Source: a virus
Lineage: Duplodnaviria; Caudoviricetes
DNA length: 43,091 nucleotides
Virus record (IMG/VR): IMGVR_UViG_3300033475_000062
Coordinates: 1-43,091 of that record
Direction: 5' to 3' (one strand)
In this document: positions 7,951 to 17,656 of the stretch, piece after piece
Layout of the letters: every line of letters starts with the position of its first letter
Position numbering within the stretch: position 1 is the first letter of the stretch
The notes under the pieces: model-generated
What the model saw: only the letters and a program-made list of their open reading frames with translations
Told to the model about the DNA's origin: nothing
The model's database searches: none
Translations under genes and position numbers: made by a program

Positions 7951-9083
7951 GAGGTCACCTGGCCGAGGCTGAGCATGATGCCAAAGCCGGCGATCTGATC
8001 CGCCGTCGGCGCCGCGAGATCGAACGAGAACACGCCCGGCGCCCCAGTGATCGCGCCATAGATCTGGCTCAGGCTGAGCGAACCGCCGGCCACAAATGCG
8101 CGCTGTGTGCTGTCCCAGCCTGTGCCGCCTGGTGTCGTCGTCGCAAAGAGTTGCGCCAGCGCTGTCATGATGTTCGCTTGCGCTGTTGCCTCTGTGAAAC
8201 CCGGTGCAGGCACAAGGTTATTGATGGTAATCGCGACAGGCGACTGCGTCGGCGCGAATGCCGTTGGCGCCGCTGTGACCGGGCACGAGGCATCGATCGA
8301 GTTTTGCACGTTCGTGATATCGGGCGAGAGCGGGACAATATCCGCTCGACCATCCATCACAAAGGTGACGCCGACAGTCCCGGCGCCAAAGAGTAGCGGA
8401 TACACCCAGACACGCGTGACGCCGGCGACTTCCTCGGCCCAGGTGACATAATCAAATGCCGCACCGCCTTGTGGCGGACTTGAAAGGCGCTGCAGCACGC
8501 GAACGCGGAGCGCCGCGTCCGTCTCCTCATCCTCGCCGCCGCTTAGACCGTTGCTGTCCACAACGGCCGTGCCAAGGACACCGGCGATCGCGACCATCAA
8601 TGTCACCGGCGAGTTCGGCAAAAGATTTCCGGCCGAACCGCTGGGGAGCGGATTGCCGCCCGTGACCGGCACGGTGGCGATCACCGGGATCGTTACCGTC
8701 CCGCTGGGCCCGATGGTTCCCTCCGCCGTTGTCGTCAAAATAACGGCAGCATTGCTCGACTGGACCTGCGTGCGGACCGGAATCGATCTACCGACCGTCC
8801 CAGTGAAAATAATGTTACCCGCTGACGACGTTGCACCTTCGCGCTGCAGCTTAAGCATGTTCGCCCAGCGATCGAGATATTCACCCGTTGCTGTGTCAGG
8901 CAGCAAAACGTTGATCACCATCCAATCGAGGTAATCGTATTCTCCACTCGCGAGCGCCGCTGACATGTAGGCCAGCACGAGCAGCAGGCTACGCCGCAGC
9001 GTTGGATCCGCGTTCGGCAGGCGCGCGAGATCTGCCTGTGCCGAGTTGATCAGGTCCTGGAAGGACGGACGCGGGAACGGCAT
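7947..9083 (-). CDS. Baseplate J / Mu gp47-like protein
   Basis: MPFPRP start, LPDTA.GEYLDRWA, GG.DEETD..LR.R and PPQGGA..DYV.WA motifs. Confidence 0.93.
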   Translation of the reverse strand: MPFPRPSFQDLINSAQADLARLPNADPTLRRSLLLVLAYMSAALASGEYDYLDWMVINVLLPDTATGEYLDRWANMLKLQREGATSSAGNIIFTGTVGRSIPVRTQVQSSNAAVILTTTAEGTIGPSGTVTIPVIATVPVTGGNPLPSGSAGNLLPNSPVTLMVAIAGVLGTAVVDSNGLSGGEDEETDAALRVRVLQRLSSPPQGGAAFDYVTWAEEVAGVTRVWVYPLLFGAGTVGVTFVMDGRADIVPLSPDITNVQNSIDASCPVTAAPTAFAPTQSPVAITINNLVPAPGFTEATAQANIMTALAQLFATTTPGGTGWDSTQRAFVAGGSLSLSQIYGAITGAPGVFSFDLAAPTADQIAGFGIMLSLGQVTS

Positions 9084-9538
9084 CAGGAAAAGCTCCAGAG
9101 AACATCGTAAAGGGGCGAGCCGCCCTTCTGGCCAAAGTTCGGACTGATGTTGATCTGCCCGATCGCAGGGTAGGTGCAGGTGACGCTCAGGCTGCCGACC
9201 ACACCGTCCGCCAGCAGCCAGCCGAGCGCTTCCGTGGCGTAATTCTGCGCTGCGATCAGCGTGGCATTGTTCTGCACCGAGCGCTTCAGCAGCCAGAGCC
9301 GCGAGCCGATCCGGTCGGGCTTGCCATTGACCGGCGGCAGGAACGCATCGCCCCACCAGCCGCGGTGATCCGTCGAATTCGGATCCGGAAGCGCGTCACC
9401 CGGCTGCGCCGCGGCATCGAGCAGCAGACTCAAAATGACCGCGGTTTTCAGCCCCTGATCAACCAGCAGATCCGGCGCGTTCATCGCCACGTCGTAGCCG
9501 GAGATCGCGCCATTCCAGATCAGTGCGAGATCGGTCAT
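9083..9538 (-). CDS. Mu gp46-like baseplate protein
   Basis: L.TAVILSL, RGWWGD, GSRLWLL and EAL.WL..DG motifs. Confidence 0.92.
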   Translation of the reverse strand: MTDLALIWNGAISGYDVAMNAPDLLVDQGLKTAVILSLLLDAAAQPGDALPDPNSTDHRGWWGDAFLPPVNGKPDRIGSRLWLLKRSVQNNATLIAAQNYATEALGWLLADGVVGSLSVTCTYPAIGQINISPNFGQKGGSPLYDVLWSFS

Positions 9539-10029
9539 GTGAGTCCCTCGCTTGGTGTTTCGGTCTGGAAATCGCCGGTCTGGACGCCGCCGTGCGTGTG
9601 CTGTTCCGTGGCCAGACGGAGGAAGGTCTTGCCGCCGTCAGGGCTCCACAGCATCGCCGGCGCGATGATGCGCACCTCGGCGGGATCGATGATCTCTGTC
9701 CAGCCCAGGCGTTGGATCAGCTGGCGCTGCCCTTGCTGGCGGGACATGCCACCCTCGCCCGGCTGCAGATCGGCGACCGCGTCCGCGGTATTATCTCCGC
9801 CCAAAGCTACCTTGTGGTCGGCGAGCGAACCGACCTGGATCACCAGTACGTCCGAGTCGATCGACGGGTTGGCAACATAGCCAGGCGGTAGCAGCAGCTC
9901 GACCGAATTGAAAACTTCGGTGTCGTAGCGCGTCACCTGCATCAAGGTCCGGCCTGAGATCACGGCACCGGCGACCTTCGCACGGGTGAGCATCATGCGA
10001 ACGGCGTTCGCAAAACGGTTAAAATCCAC
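9535..10029 (-). CDS. Mu gp45-like baseplate spike
   Basis: LQPGE, C-terminal HTHGGV metal-binding tip, and synteny. Confidence 0.85.
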   Translation of the reverse strand: MDFNRFANAVRMMLTRAKVAGAVISGRTLMQVTRYDTEVFNSVELLLPPGYVANPSIDSDVLVIQVGSLADHKVALGGDNTADAVADLQPGEGGMSRQQGQRQLIQRLGWTEIIDPAEVRIIAPAMLWSPDGGKTFLRLATEQHTHGGVQTGDFQTETPSEGLT

Positions 10030-11134
10030 CGGCGCCCGTCCAATCTATGCCCGAGCCCTTGCGACCTTTCTTGCCTTTCTTCTGGCGAAGTTCGCGCGGA
10101 TTCGGCTGCGCGGCTTGCACCGGCGTCAGTGTCAGCACTGTCTCGTGACCGCCATTCGCCGTGAGGCGGAACAACACCGAATAGATCAGCAGATCCTCAT
10201 TGACGCCGATAACCGGCGCGATGATCGTCACCATCAGGTTTGGCGCCCAGAACGTGCCATCATCCTGGCGCCACCCCACCACGGTCGCCGTGGCCTTGGT
10301 GGAGCGGCCCAGCGCGTAATTCAGATGCCATTGCGCCTGTGTCAGCAGGGACGCCTGCCCGGTGGCGGATTCGGCCATAAACACCTTCGGCCGGAACCGC
10401 GTTACCGAGCTATCCGTGACGCTGGCGACCTGCGCCGTCTGCACTTGTGCACCGGCTGGTGTCGTCTGGCCTGATGCCCCAAGTTGGGCACTCAAGCCGG
10501 CCTGGCCTTTGACGATGTACTCACTGAAGCGGTCTGTGGAGGTGATCTCCGCCGAGACAGCCTTGAGATTCACGCCCTGCATCAGCACCGTGCTCGACTT
10601 GGTGGTGCCGGCTGTCACCAGGAGCAAATTGCCGTTTGCATCGTCGATCGCGATCACGCCGGCGACGACGCACAGCCGGTCGAGGAAATTGAAGGCGGAT
10701 TCAGCGGGCTGGATCGTCACGTCCGGGATGACGACGTTGGCGAGATCCGTTTGCACGTCGCAGCCGATCCCGAACATCTGGCAGAGTGCACGCGCTACAG
10801 CCGCAACCGTGTAGCCGGAGAACTGCCCCGCCGCGACATTCGGCGAGCAATCCACCAGGTCCTGCGTCTTGCCGCGGCCGGTGATCCGCACCGAGTGTTC
10901 GTCGGCCTGCAGGCTTGGCAGATAGCTGTCGACATAGCCTGCGAACACCTGCTCACCGCCGACGCTGATCGTCGCTGGCGCGAGGGGCAGGATCGGCCTC
11001 GTGCTGTCCGGCCACCGCTCTGTGACCTCGAGGTCGAAATCGCTGACGCAGCGATCGAGCCCGCGCCCCCACGACACGGCCGTCCAGCCAGAGTAATTCT
11101 GGCCATTCACGGTCAAAACCGGAATGTCGGTCAT
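10019..11134 (-). CDS. Mu gp44/P-like baseplate hub
   Basis: VNGQNYSGW, GRGKT.DLVDCS, RFSEY.VKGQ and V.GWRQ..G.FW.PN motifs. Confidence 0.92.
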   Translation of the reverse strand: MTDIPVLTVNGQNYSGWTAVSWGRGLDRCVSDFDLEVTERWPDSTRPILPLAPATISVGGEQVFAGYVDSYLPSLQADEHSVRITGRGKTQDLVDCSPNVAAGQFSGYTVAAVARALCQMFGIGCDVQTDLANVVIPDVTIQPAESAFNFLDRLCVVAGVIAIDDANGNLLLVTAGTTKSSTVLMQGVNLKAVSAEITSTDRFSEYIVKGQAGLSAQLGASGQTTPAGAQVQTAQVASVTDSSVTRFRPKVFMAESATGQASLLTQAQWHLNYALGRSTKATATVVGWRQDDGTFWAPNLMVTIIAPVIGVNEDLLIYSVLFRLTANGGHETVLTLTPVQAAQPNPRELRQKKGKKGRKGSGIDWTGAGGF

Positions 11135-12354
11135 GCTGCGGGCCGCAACCAGCTGCCGGTTGGCGGCATGAAGATCGGGTGGGGCACGTCATTGAGCGCC
11201 ACCAGGCCGGGCGCCTGGGTGCCGTCCTGATAGAGGCGTTGCGCCAGCGCCAGCGCTGGCATCACACCTGCAACCGAATAGGTTGCCAGGCTCGGCAGGT
11301 TCTGCGCGTCCTGCGCCATCTGCGCCCTTGCTTGCGCAGAAATCGCGCGCCAGGCGCGGAACAGATCGAAATTGCCGGCGTCTGCCGCGGCCGCCACCTG
11401 CACATCGAGCAGGCACTGCAGCTGCTCGGCGGCGGCCTGCGCCTGGTTCGCCGATTGCCAGTCAATCTGCGCGTAGACCGTTAACACGGCGACCAGCGCC
11501 GCGCCCTGGATCAATGAGATCAAGGCGGCCTGTGCCACACCCAGCGCCGGCACGGCGGTGGAGGGCTGCGTCGGCAGCGTTGATCCGAAACTCGCCAGCG
11601 CGAGCAGGCCGCCGGAGGGGTCGGCGGAAAGCGGCTGTGTCGAGGTCACGCCCGCAACCGGATCTTCCAAGGCCGGTTGCACCGGCTGCGCGGCGATCAC
11701 ATTGTTGGCGGCTGCAGCAAAGGCAGCTGTCACCGCCGAGGCCGTCGTCGTGCTGTCGGTCGGATTGGCCGCAAAGCCCGACGTGATGCCCGAGACCGTC
11801 GATTGCGCCATCGCGTTAAACTGCGCATCGGCGTTGCTGAGCTGGTTGCCGACCAAAGTGGCGACAACGCCAGACAGGATCTCAAGACCGACGCTGGCGA
11901 TGTAGGCATCTTCCAGAAAGGGCACCAGGCTATTGAGCCCAGCGAGCAAGGTCGATACGGCGTCGGTGATCGAGAGCGGTGAGGCTGTGCCACCATCCAA
12001 GGAGAATTCGATATCGATCGTCGCATAGCCGCCGACGGTCCGCGTCTCACTCGAGCGGATCTTCCCGACCCAAACATTGAGAATGCCATAGGTCGGATGG
12101 ATCAGCGTCCCGACCGTCGAGCTGTTCTCCAGAGCGGTCTCGAGCAGGGAGCGCTCGAGGACCCACAGATCTCCGGCCACATAAGCCTTGATGGAAAAGA
12201 CGCGCGGCAGCCGGCCGAGATCTTCCTGGCTCGGATCGTTCCTGAGCGGGAACTCGTGGGCAACCAGCCGGCGCCCCGACTCACGGTCCGTACCCTCAAT
12301 CAGGAACGGGACGCCGTTGAACGACGCCGGCAGAAGATCATCGAACCAGCTCAT
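11131..12354 (-). CDS. Mu gp43/N-like DNA circularisation / tail protein
   Basis: MSW.D.L.PASF.GVPF, GRR...HEFP, EDLGR, GTLIHP and C-terminal HP.F.P motifs. Confidence 0.92.
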   Translation of the reverse strand: MSWFDDLLPASFNGVPFLIEGTDRESGRRLVAHEFPLRNDPSQEDLGRLPRVFSIKAYVAGDLWVLERSLLETALENSSTVGTLIHPTYGILNVWVGKIRSSETRTVGGYATIDIEFSLDGGTASPLSITDAVSTLLAGLNSLVPFLEDAYIASVGLEILSGVVATLVGNQLSNADAQFNAMAQSTVSGITSGFAANPTDSTTTASAVTAAFAAAANNVIAAQPVQPALEDPVAGVTSTQPLSADPSGGLLALASFGSTLPTQPSTAVPALGVAQAALISLIQGAALVAVLTVYAQIDWQSANQAQAAAEQLQCLLDVQVAAAADAGNFDLFRAWRAISAQARAQMAQDAQNLPSLATYSVAGVMPALALAQRLYQDGTQAPGLVALNDVPHPIFMPPTGSWLRPAA

Positions 12355-14048
12355 AGGACGCCCGTCGCCATGCTGGAGTGACCGAGATTGACCTTCGGTT
12401 TGGGTGCCGAACCACTGCTCTGCACCACCGCGCGCGTCCCGGCTGGCGCCGCCGGAATATGGATCGTGACGTCGAGCTTGCTGCTGTCGCCGGCTGCGCC
12501 GGGCACAGCCAGAGGCGCGCTGGGCGGCAGCCACGGCAGCGCGCCGCTGGCGGCATTGGAGGTGCTCGTCGGGGCGCCGCCGTGTGCCGCACCATGCCCG
12601 CCGCCCATCCCCAACATGGAGGTGAAGGACGTTAGCCGCGATTCGAGTCCGCCGATCGTATTGCCGATCGGGTCGAACACGCGATGGAACCCGCTATCGA
12701 TCACACCCCAGACCGCGCCAAGTTCCTTCGCGACCGTGTTCCAGTGCTCATACAGCTCATAGGCCGCGGCACCTGCCGCGATGGCGGCGATGGCGATGGC
12801 GCCAAGGGGATTGGCCGAAATCACCAGATCCAGCGCCGCCATGGCGTTGCGGACCGATGTCATCGCCGGCACCAATTCGACCAGTTCGAAGCCAAACATT
12901 GCGATGGACTTCACGATTGGACCAGCAACGGCAAAGCTGAGCCGCGCGAAGCCAGTCGCGAGGCTGGCAAGCGGTGCCAGAAAAGGCGCGCCCATCACCA
13001 CGGCTGCACCGATCATCACGGTCTTCAGCCCCCCCAGGTCATCGACGAGTTTTCCCGTGCTATCCGCGAACTGCATGGCACCGGAGAGAACGCCCTTGAA
13101 ATCAACCTGGGAGAGCGTGTCGGAAAGGCTTGCGATGGCCTTCTGGACGTTGGTGGCGATCCAATCCCGATTGGCGGCCGTCCAGTCGGCGACGGCAGTA
13201 ATGATCGGCGTCAAGACTGGCGCAAGCTTGGCGCTGATATCGTCCGTCAGACCGGAGATCGAGGTCTGCATATTCTTCCACGACTCGTTGAACTTCTCTG
13301 CCGCGGAAACGTCCTGTTCGCTGAGCGTGTAGCCGTATTTTTGGAAGGCGTCCTGATATTTCGCGAGGCCAGCACTGCCCTGCTCCAGCATCGGCAGAAG
13401 CTCAAGGCCCGCGCGACCGAACAGCTGCTGCGCCATCAAGGCCTTCATGGCTGGGCTGCTGGTTTTCGCGAAGGCATCGGCCAGTTTCGGCAGCACATCC
13501 GCAGCTCCAAGGATCTGGCCGTGCGAGTTGCGCAGCGCGATATGCAGGTGCTGAAATAGCGCCAGGGCCTGCTTATTCTGCCCCGTGGCCGCCGCACCCA
13601 TGACGCGGTTGAGCATACCCATCGAGCGCTGCATGCCATCCGTCGACACGCCCGTCTGCAATGCCGCATAATTCAGTGCTTGCATGCTCTGGACAGAAAT
13701 GCCGGCGATACGCGCCCCGATCGAGAGCTGCTCGGTCGCCTCGGCAAAACTATGCGTCATCTCCACCAGTCCGGCGACTGAGCCCGCGGCGCCAAGCGCT
13801 GCGAGCGGCCCCAGAATCTCGCCGATCTTGCTGCCGACTTCGCCAGCCTGCTTTCCGAATTCACCGAAACGGTCCGTCAGTTCATGAATGCCTTCGGTAG
13901 CGTGCGAAAACAGTTTCTCGTGCGGCGTCATCATCTTGTTGGTGTGCGCCCCGACGGCGCCAAGGTGCTTCAGATTCTCTTCCATCTTGAGAATCGGCGC
14001 CGACCATTTGTCGACCACTGCCAGAACTGATTCGTAGACCTTAGCCAT
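12351..14048 (-). CDS. Tail tape measure protein
   Basis: Long Ala/Gly-rich helical protein with FGRAG.ELLP.L..G and ANPLG...LYEHW, between the chaperone and gpN. Confidence 0.9.
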   Translation of the reverse strand: MAKVYESVLAVVDKWSAPILKMEENLKHLGAVGAHTNKMMTPHEKLFSHATEGIHELTDRFGEFGKQAGEVGSKIGEILGPLAALGAAGSVAGLVEMTHSFAEATEQLSIGARIAGISVQSMQALNYAALQTGVSTDGMQRSMGMLNRVMGAAATGQNKQALALFQHLHIALRNSHGQILGAADVLPKLADAFAKTSSPAMKALMAQQLFGRAGLELLPMLEQGSAGLAKYQDAFQKYGYTLSEQDVSAAEKFNESWKNMQTSISGLTDDISAKLAPVLTPIITAVADWTAANRDWIATNVQKAIASLSDTLSQVDFKGVLSGAMQFADSTGKLVDDLGGLKTVMIGAAVVMGAPFLAPLASLATGFARLSFAVAGPIVKSIAMFGFELVELVPAMTSVRNAMAALDLVISANPLGAIAIAAIAAGAAAYELYEHWNTVAKELGAVWGVIDSGFHRVFDPIGNTIGGLESRLTSFTSMLGMGGGHGAAHGGAPTSTSNAASGALPWLPPSAPLAVPGAAGDSSKLDVTIHIPAAPAGTRAVVQSSGSAPKPKVNLGHSSMATGVL

Positions 14049-14212
14049 GATGCTTGGATTTTAGCTCTTTTCTGATCCGGTGGAGCTGCTCGACGTGGAG
14101 TTCCAACAAGCTCACGCGGAGCGACATGATGTAGGCAATGTCGCCCCAGCTATGGGCTGCGTTGAAGTAGAGATTTAGGAGGCTTTCTCCGCCGCCGTGT
14201 CGCCGAAAAAAA
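14041..14212 (-). CDS. -1 frameshift extension of the tail assembly chaperone
   Basis: T7 run (GTT TTT TTC) at 14206-14212. The -1 frame is open to 14041 and abuts the tape measure start. Confidence 0.65.
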
Positions 14213-14462
14213 CCATGACTTCCTCCATGGCGCTCAGCCAATCCTTGGAGCTTATCATGTCGACCACCTCGACCGGCACGTCTGCGCACCAGGCGATCAG
14301 CTTGCGCATGACCTTGGCATCGATCTTGCCTTCGCGATCGATGTCTGAGCCTGAGGATTTGAACGGCACGCCGCACTCGGCGAGCGCGATACCGTTGGGC
14401 TCGCGGAAGTTCAGCTCGGCATAATCCTTGCCGAGAAAGGAAACGGTTTTGCGAAGTTTCAT
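14175..14462 (-). CDS. Tail assembly chaperone (Mu gp41/P2 E-like)
   Basis: L.FREP ... D......D.......V..FF pattern, between the tube and tape measure genes. Confidence 0.85.
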   Translation of the reverse strand: MKLRKTVSFLGKDYAELNFREPNGIALAECGVPFKSSGSDIDREGKIDAKVMRKLIAWCADVPVEVVDMISSKDWLSAMEEVMVFFGDTAAEKAS

Positions 14463-14833
14463 GATGCCACCAATTGTTCATTGCAAGATGATCCGACGAA
14501 CACGACCGGGAACGATCCGTCCTCTGCATTGAGTTCCGTCGCGTCCGTATAGGTCCCGTTCGTGAGCGTGTAGGATTTTCCGTTGGTCAAGCTGATCGCG
14601 ATCGTGCTGCCCGCGATCTGTGAGATGTTCACGATCGATAGACCTCCCCAATCGGAGAAATCGCAGGAGATGCTCGGCGCGTCCGCCGTCTGGGTAAAGA
14701 CAACCGAACCATCCTGGTTGACGATCGGCGCGCGCTTGACCGTGCCGGGCTTCACCTTCGCACTTCCGCGCATCATGTACTGCACGCCATCGATCTTGAT
14801 CGTGGCGATGCCACCAGTGACTATCGCAGCCAT
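14459..14833 (-). CDS. Tail tube protein (Mu gpM-like)
   Basis: GGIA.IKIDG, L.NGK.Y.L and EDG...V.F.G motifs, after the sheath gene. Confidence 0.9.
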   Translation of the reverse strand: MAAIVTGGIATIKIDGVQYMMRGSAKVKPGTVKRAPIVNQDGSVVFTQTADAPSISCDFSDWGGLSIVNISQIAGSTIAISLTNGKSYTLTNGTYTDATELNAEDGSFPVVFVGSSCNEQLVAS

Positions 14834-14845
14834 GTTTTTGCTCCC

Positions 14846-16345
14846 TTACGAGGCGGTGCTGGGGTTGAGGGTGAACTGGTTGTTCACCGCGAACATGCGC
14901 AGCCCTTGCGCGAGCGCCGGCGTCCACAGGATGTCGCAGCGGTCCGGGTTCGCGGCGTTGATCTGCACCTGGGTGTTGGCGAGCATAAAGGCCGCACTGG
15001 TAACGAGGCCGGCTGCCTGCATCAGATTGTACTGCACACCGATCTCCGCCTTGATGTCCTGCGGCGATACGAACGGGCTGCCCGGGCCGGCAGGCGTGCC
15101 GTTCGGCACCAAGATTGCGCGCGGATATTTCTGCGTGAGCGCCGCTTTGAGCTGACGCGTGATCGCCATGAGCGTGAACATCGTCTCCACGTCGAGATAG
15201 CTCTGGTCGGCCACGCCAAAAGCGTTCCTTTGGTACGTCGTGACCGAGCGGACGATCGTGGGGTTACTGTAGGAACTGAAGCCCGGCACCGCGATGCCGT
15301 TGCTCAGCAACTGCTGCTGGCTCGCGTAATTCCACCAATTCTCCTGCTGCGGGGCCAGCACCGTCTGCATGGAGAGCGTTTGCAGCGGGCGCGAGGCCAA
15401 CGCCCGGGTGGAGACGGCCACGGCCCCGGTCCAGTCAGTCGCCCAGTCCCAGGGTGGGCTGGGGCTGCCATCAACACCCACGATCGTCTGGTGCTGGTCG
15501 TTGATCGTGCCGCCGGTGGTGAGCAGGCTGCTGATCGTGCCGGGCTGCATCGTGAAGATATGCCCATAATCCTGGCGGTTCCATGCCCAGCGCCCGGTCG
15601 CGTCGTTCATCAACGAGGTGAACATGGCGAGTTGGCTCACGCCAGAATAAGGATGCGCAATGAAGTCATAGGGCGCATCGCCGATTGCATTGGCGACAAA
15701 CCCCATGTCCGGATCGATCGCGCCATTCGCCATCGGCGTGATGGTGACGCTGGCTCCCTGAGGGAGCGACTCACCCGCCTGCAGGCCGCGGTAGTTCAGC
15801 CGGATATCGATGTTGTTCCCCTGAACACCGCCGTGCACAGCCGTCAGCGTAACCGTGCCGGCCGCAGATGTGGCGTTCAAAGGCAGATCCAACGTCGCGT
15901 TGATCGCCGCAGCAATGTTCGCCGCGATCACCGTTCCGGAGTCGCCGATATTCACGCCGACCGGAATGCTCATGCCCGCGACATAGAGCGCGATCGCGCC
16001 CGGCAAGGTCGCTGGGCCCGTGACGACGATCGAACCCGTCGCGGCGACGGCACCTACGGCATCGGGAGCTGGAAGGCACCAGGCGCCGGAATTATCCTGC
16101 TGGGAATAGGTTGAGAATTTGCGCCCCAGCATCGAGCGCGCGCCGAACAGGTTTCGTGCCACGCCGAGCGACGGCACGAACACGGGCACCGCCGGTTGCG
16201 CGTTCGCGCTCTGGCCGATCAGCAACGTCGGCTGCTGGGTGAGGTTGACGCCAGCATTGACGTTAGAAAATTCGACGAAAAAGAGCGGGACGAGATTGGC
16301 CTGCGGGATATTGGAAAACGCAATGCCACTCTGACTTGCGGACAT
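14846..16345 (-). CDS. Tail sheath protein (Mu gpL-like)
   Basis: IAF..IP...LVPLFFVEF, FG..SML, RPLQTL, R.VTTYQ.N..G..D.SYLDV and NPDR motifs. Confidence 0.95.
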   Translation of the reverse strand: MSASQSGIAFSNIPQANLVPLFFVEFSNVNAGVNLTQQPTLLIGQSANAQPAVPVFVPSLGVARNLFGARSMLGRKFSTYSQQDNSGAWCLPAPDAVGAVAATGSIVVTGPATLPGAIALYVAGMSIPVGVNIGDSGTVIAANIAAAINATLDLPLNATSAAGTVTLTAVHGGVQGNNIDIRLNYRGLQAGESLPQGASVTITPMANGAIDPDMGFVANAIGDAPYDFIAHPYSGVSQLAMFTSLMNDATGRWAWNRQDYGHIFTMQPGTISSLLTTGGTINDQHQTIVGVDGSPSPPWDWATDWTGAVAVSTRALASRPLQTLSMQTVLAPQQENWWNYASQQQLLSNGIAVPGFSSYSNPTIVRSVTTYQRNAFGVADQSYLDVETMFTLMAITRQLKAALTQKYPRAILVPNGTPAGPGSPFVSPQDIKAEIGVQYNLMQAAGLVTSAAFMLANTQVQINAANPDRCDILWTPALAQGLRMFAVNNQFTLNPSTAS

Positions 16346-16348
16346 TGT

Positions 16349-16945
16349 TCAAGACTCCTGGTTGGGGGGAAGCGTGATCGTGGCGCCGATGAGATCTTCC
16401 CCGGCGGCCGTCTGGGCGGTGAGTTGAACCTCGGCGAGCGGCGCGCCATAAGCACCGAACGGCGCGGCACCGGTAAAGGGCGCAAGGAGCGGCTCAAACA
16501 CCTCGGTCCATTGCAAATCAAAGGTGAAGATCACGTAGCCTTCATAGCGCTCGGAAACGACCTTCATGACGAACTTGCGATCGATGGCGCGGATGCGCTG
16601 CAGCGGCGGCGCCACAAAGGCGACATAGTTCAGCAGCGATTGAATCTGTGTTGCGAGCTGCTCGGTCTGGTCCTCGACATCCTCAACTGGCGCGCCGGAC
16701 ACGTAGCCCGTGACGATCAGCTTGCCGACACTGTCGAATTGACGCGGTGCATCGCCCTGCCATTCGCCGTGAACATCATCCATCCACACCAGGATGACCG
16801 GCGATTCTTCCGGCGCCAGAGGGTTGGACCGTGTGTTGAAGACACGGTCCTCGGCCAGAGTACCGATCTGCTTCAGCAGTTCGACCGTCCGGCGACGCAG
16901 CTCGCGCGGGAAATCATCGATAGTGAGGATTGGCGCGTTGTTCAT
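16349..16945 (-). CDS. Tail terminator/neck protein
   Basis: RVF..R..PL.....PVI.V pattern, directly upstream of the sheath gene. Confidence 0.65.
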   Translation of the reverse strand: MNNAPILTIDDFPRELRRRTVELLKQIGTLAEDRVFNTRSNPLAPEESPVILVWMDDVHGEWQGDAPRQFDSVGKLIVTGYVSGAPVEDVEDQTEQLATQIQSLLNYVAFVAPPLQRIRAIDRKFVMKVVSERYEGYVIFTFDLQWTEVFEPLLAPFTGAAPFGAYGAPLAEVQLTAQTAAGEDLIGATITLPPNQES

Positions 16946-17268
16946 GCCCGGGTATTCGCCAGCGTCAGGAGGGCCTGGCCGTGCCCATCAAACTCGGGCG
17001 GCGCCGCGACTTCCCAGAGGACGCCGGCGACCTTGACCTGATCATGCAGCTGCAATTTCACGCCAGGCAGATCGCACAGCCGCAGGGCGAGCGTCGGCTT
17101 CACCACCGTCACCATCATCGCCGTCTGATTGTCGATCTGCTCGAGCGTCGAATAGCGATTAAAGATCCCGTTCACCGGTACGGCGGCGCCGCGCGCCGGC
17201 AGATAGGTGGCCGGCTGCGCGAACGCGTCGAAGCATGGCCCCAGCACCAGTTGATCGAAATCGATCAT
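16942..17268 (-). CDS. Head-tail joining protein (lambda FII-like)
   Basis: F.QP.TY.P..G....V.GIF ... DG.G...L.L pattern. Confidence 0.75.
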   Translation of the reverse strand: MIDFDQLVLGPCFDAFAQPATYLPARGAAVPVNGIFNRYSTLEQIDNQTAMMVTVVKPTLALRLCDLPGVKLQLHDQVKVAGVLWEVAAPPEFDGHGQALLTLANTRA

Positions 17269-17275
17269 CGACCGG

Positions 17276-17590
17276 CTACTGCGCCGCTTCGCTCGCGCTC
17301 GTGGCTGTGGTCTTGGGCAAAGCTTCCGCGGCGGCCTGATCGACCCGCGCGGCCTCCACCGGCGCCTCGGCCGTCAGCTTGGCAGCCACAGCGGCGCTGG
17401 AAGACGTCACCTGCAGGTGCCCGTTCTGCAGCATCGCTTTGACGTCTTTGACCGACAGGACGCCGGATGCGATGACGGTCCCTTTCTTGATCACCTGCGG
17501 GCGCGTGCCCATCGGCGATCCGGCCGGAACATAGTGAATATCGACCATCGCCTGATAGTTTGTCGGCGTCGTCGAAGGTTGAGTGGCCAT
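17276..17590 (-). CDS. Hypothetical virion-associated protein
   Basis: ORF with RBS directly after the capsid gene; Ala-rich tail. Confidence 0.6.
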   Translation of the reverse strand: MATQPSTTPTNYQAMVDIHYVPAGSPMGTRPQVIKKGTVIASGVLSVKDVKAMLQNGHLQVTSSSAAVAAKLTAEAPVEAARVDQAAAEALPKTTATSASEAAQ

Positions 17591-17606
17591 CTGTCATTTC
17601 CCCATG

Positions 17607-17630
17607 AAAAAGGCCGCCCGAGGCGGCCTT
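17607..17630 (-). terminator. Rho-independent terminator after the capsid gene
   Basis: Minus strand AAGGCCGCC-TCG-GGCGGCCTTTTT. Confidence 0.8.
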
Positions 17631-17656
17631 ATACAGTTCCAGTGAACGGCGTTCGC

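Noticed and set aside
7342-16345. Mu-like transposable phage
   Set aside because: Only the tail is Mu-like. There is no transposase A/B, and the element has a tyrosine integrase with tRNA att sites.
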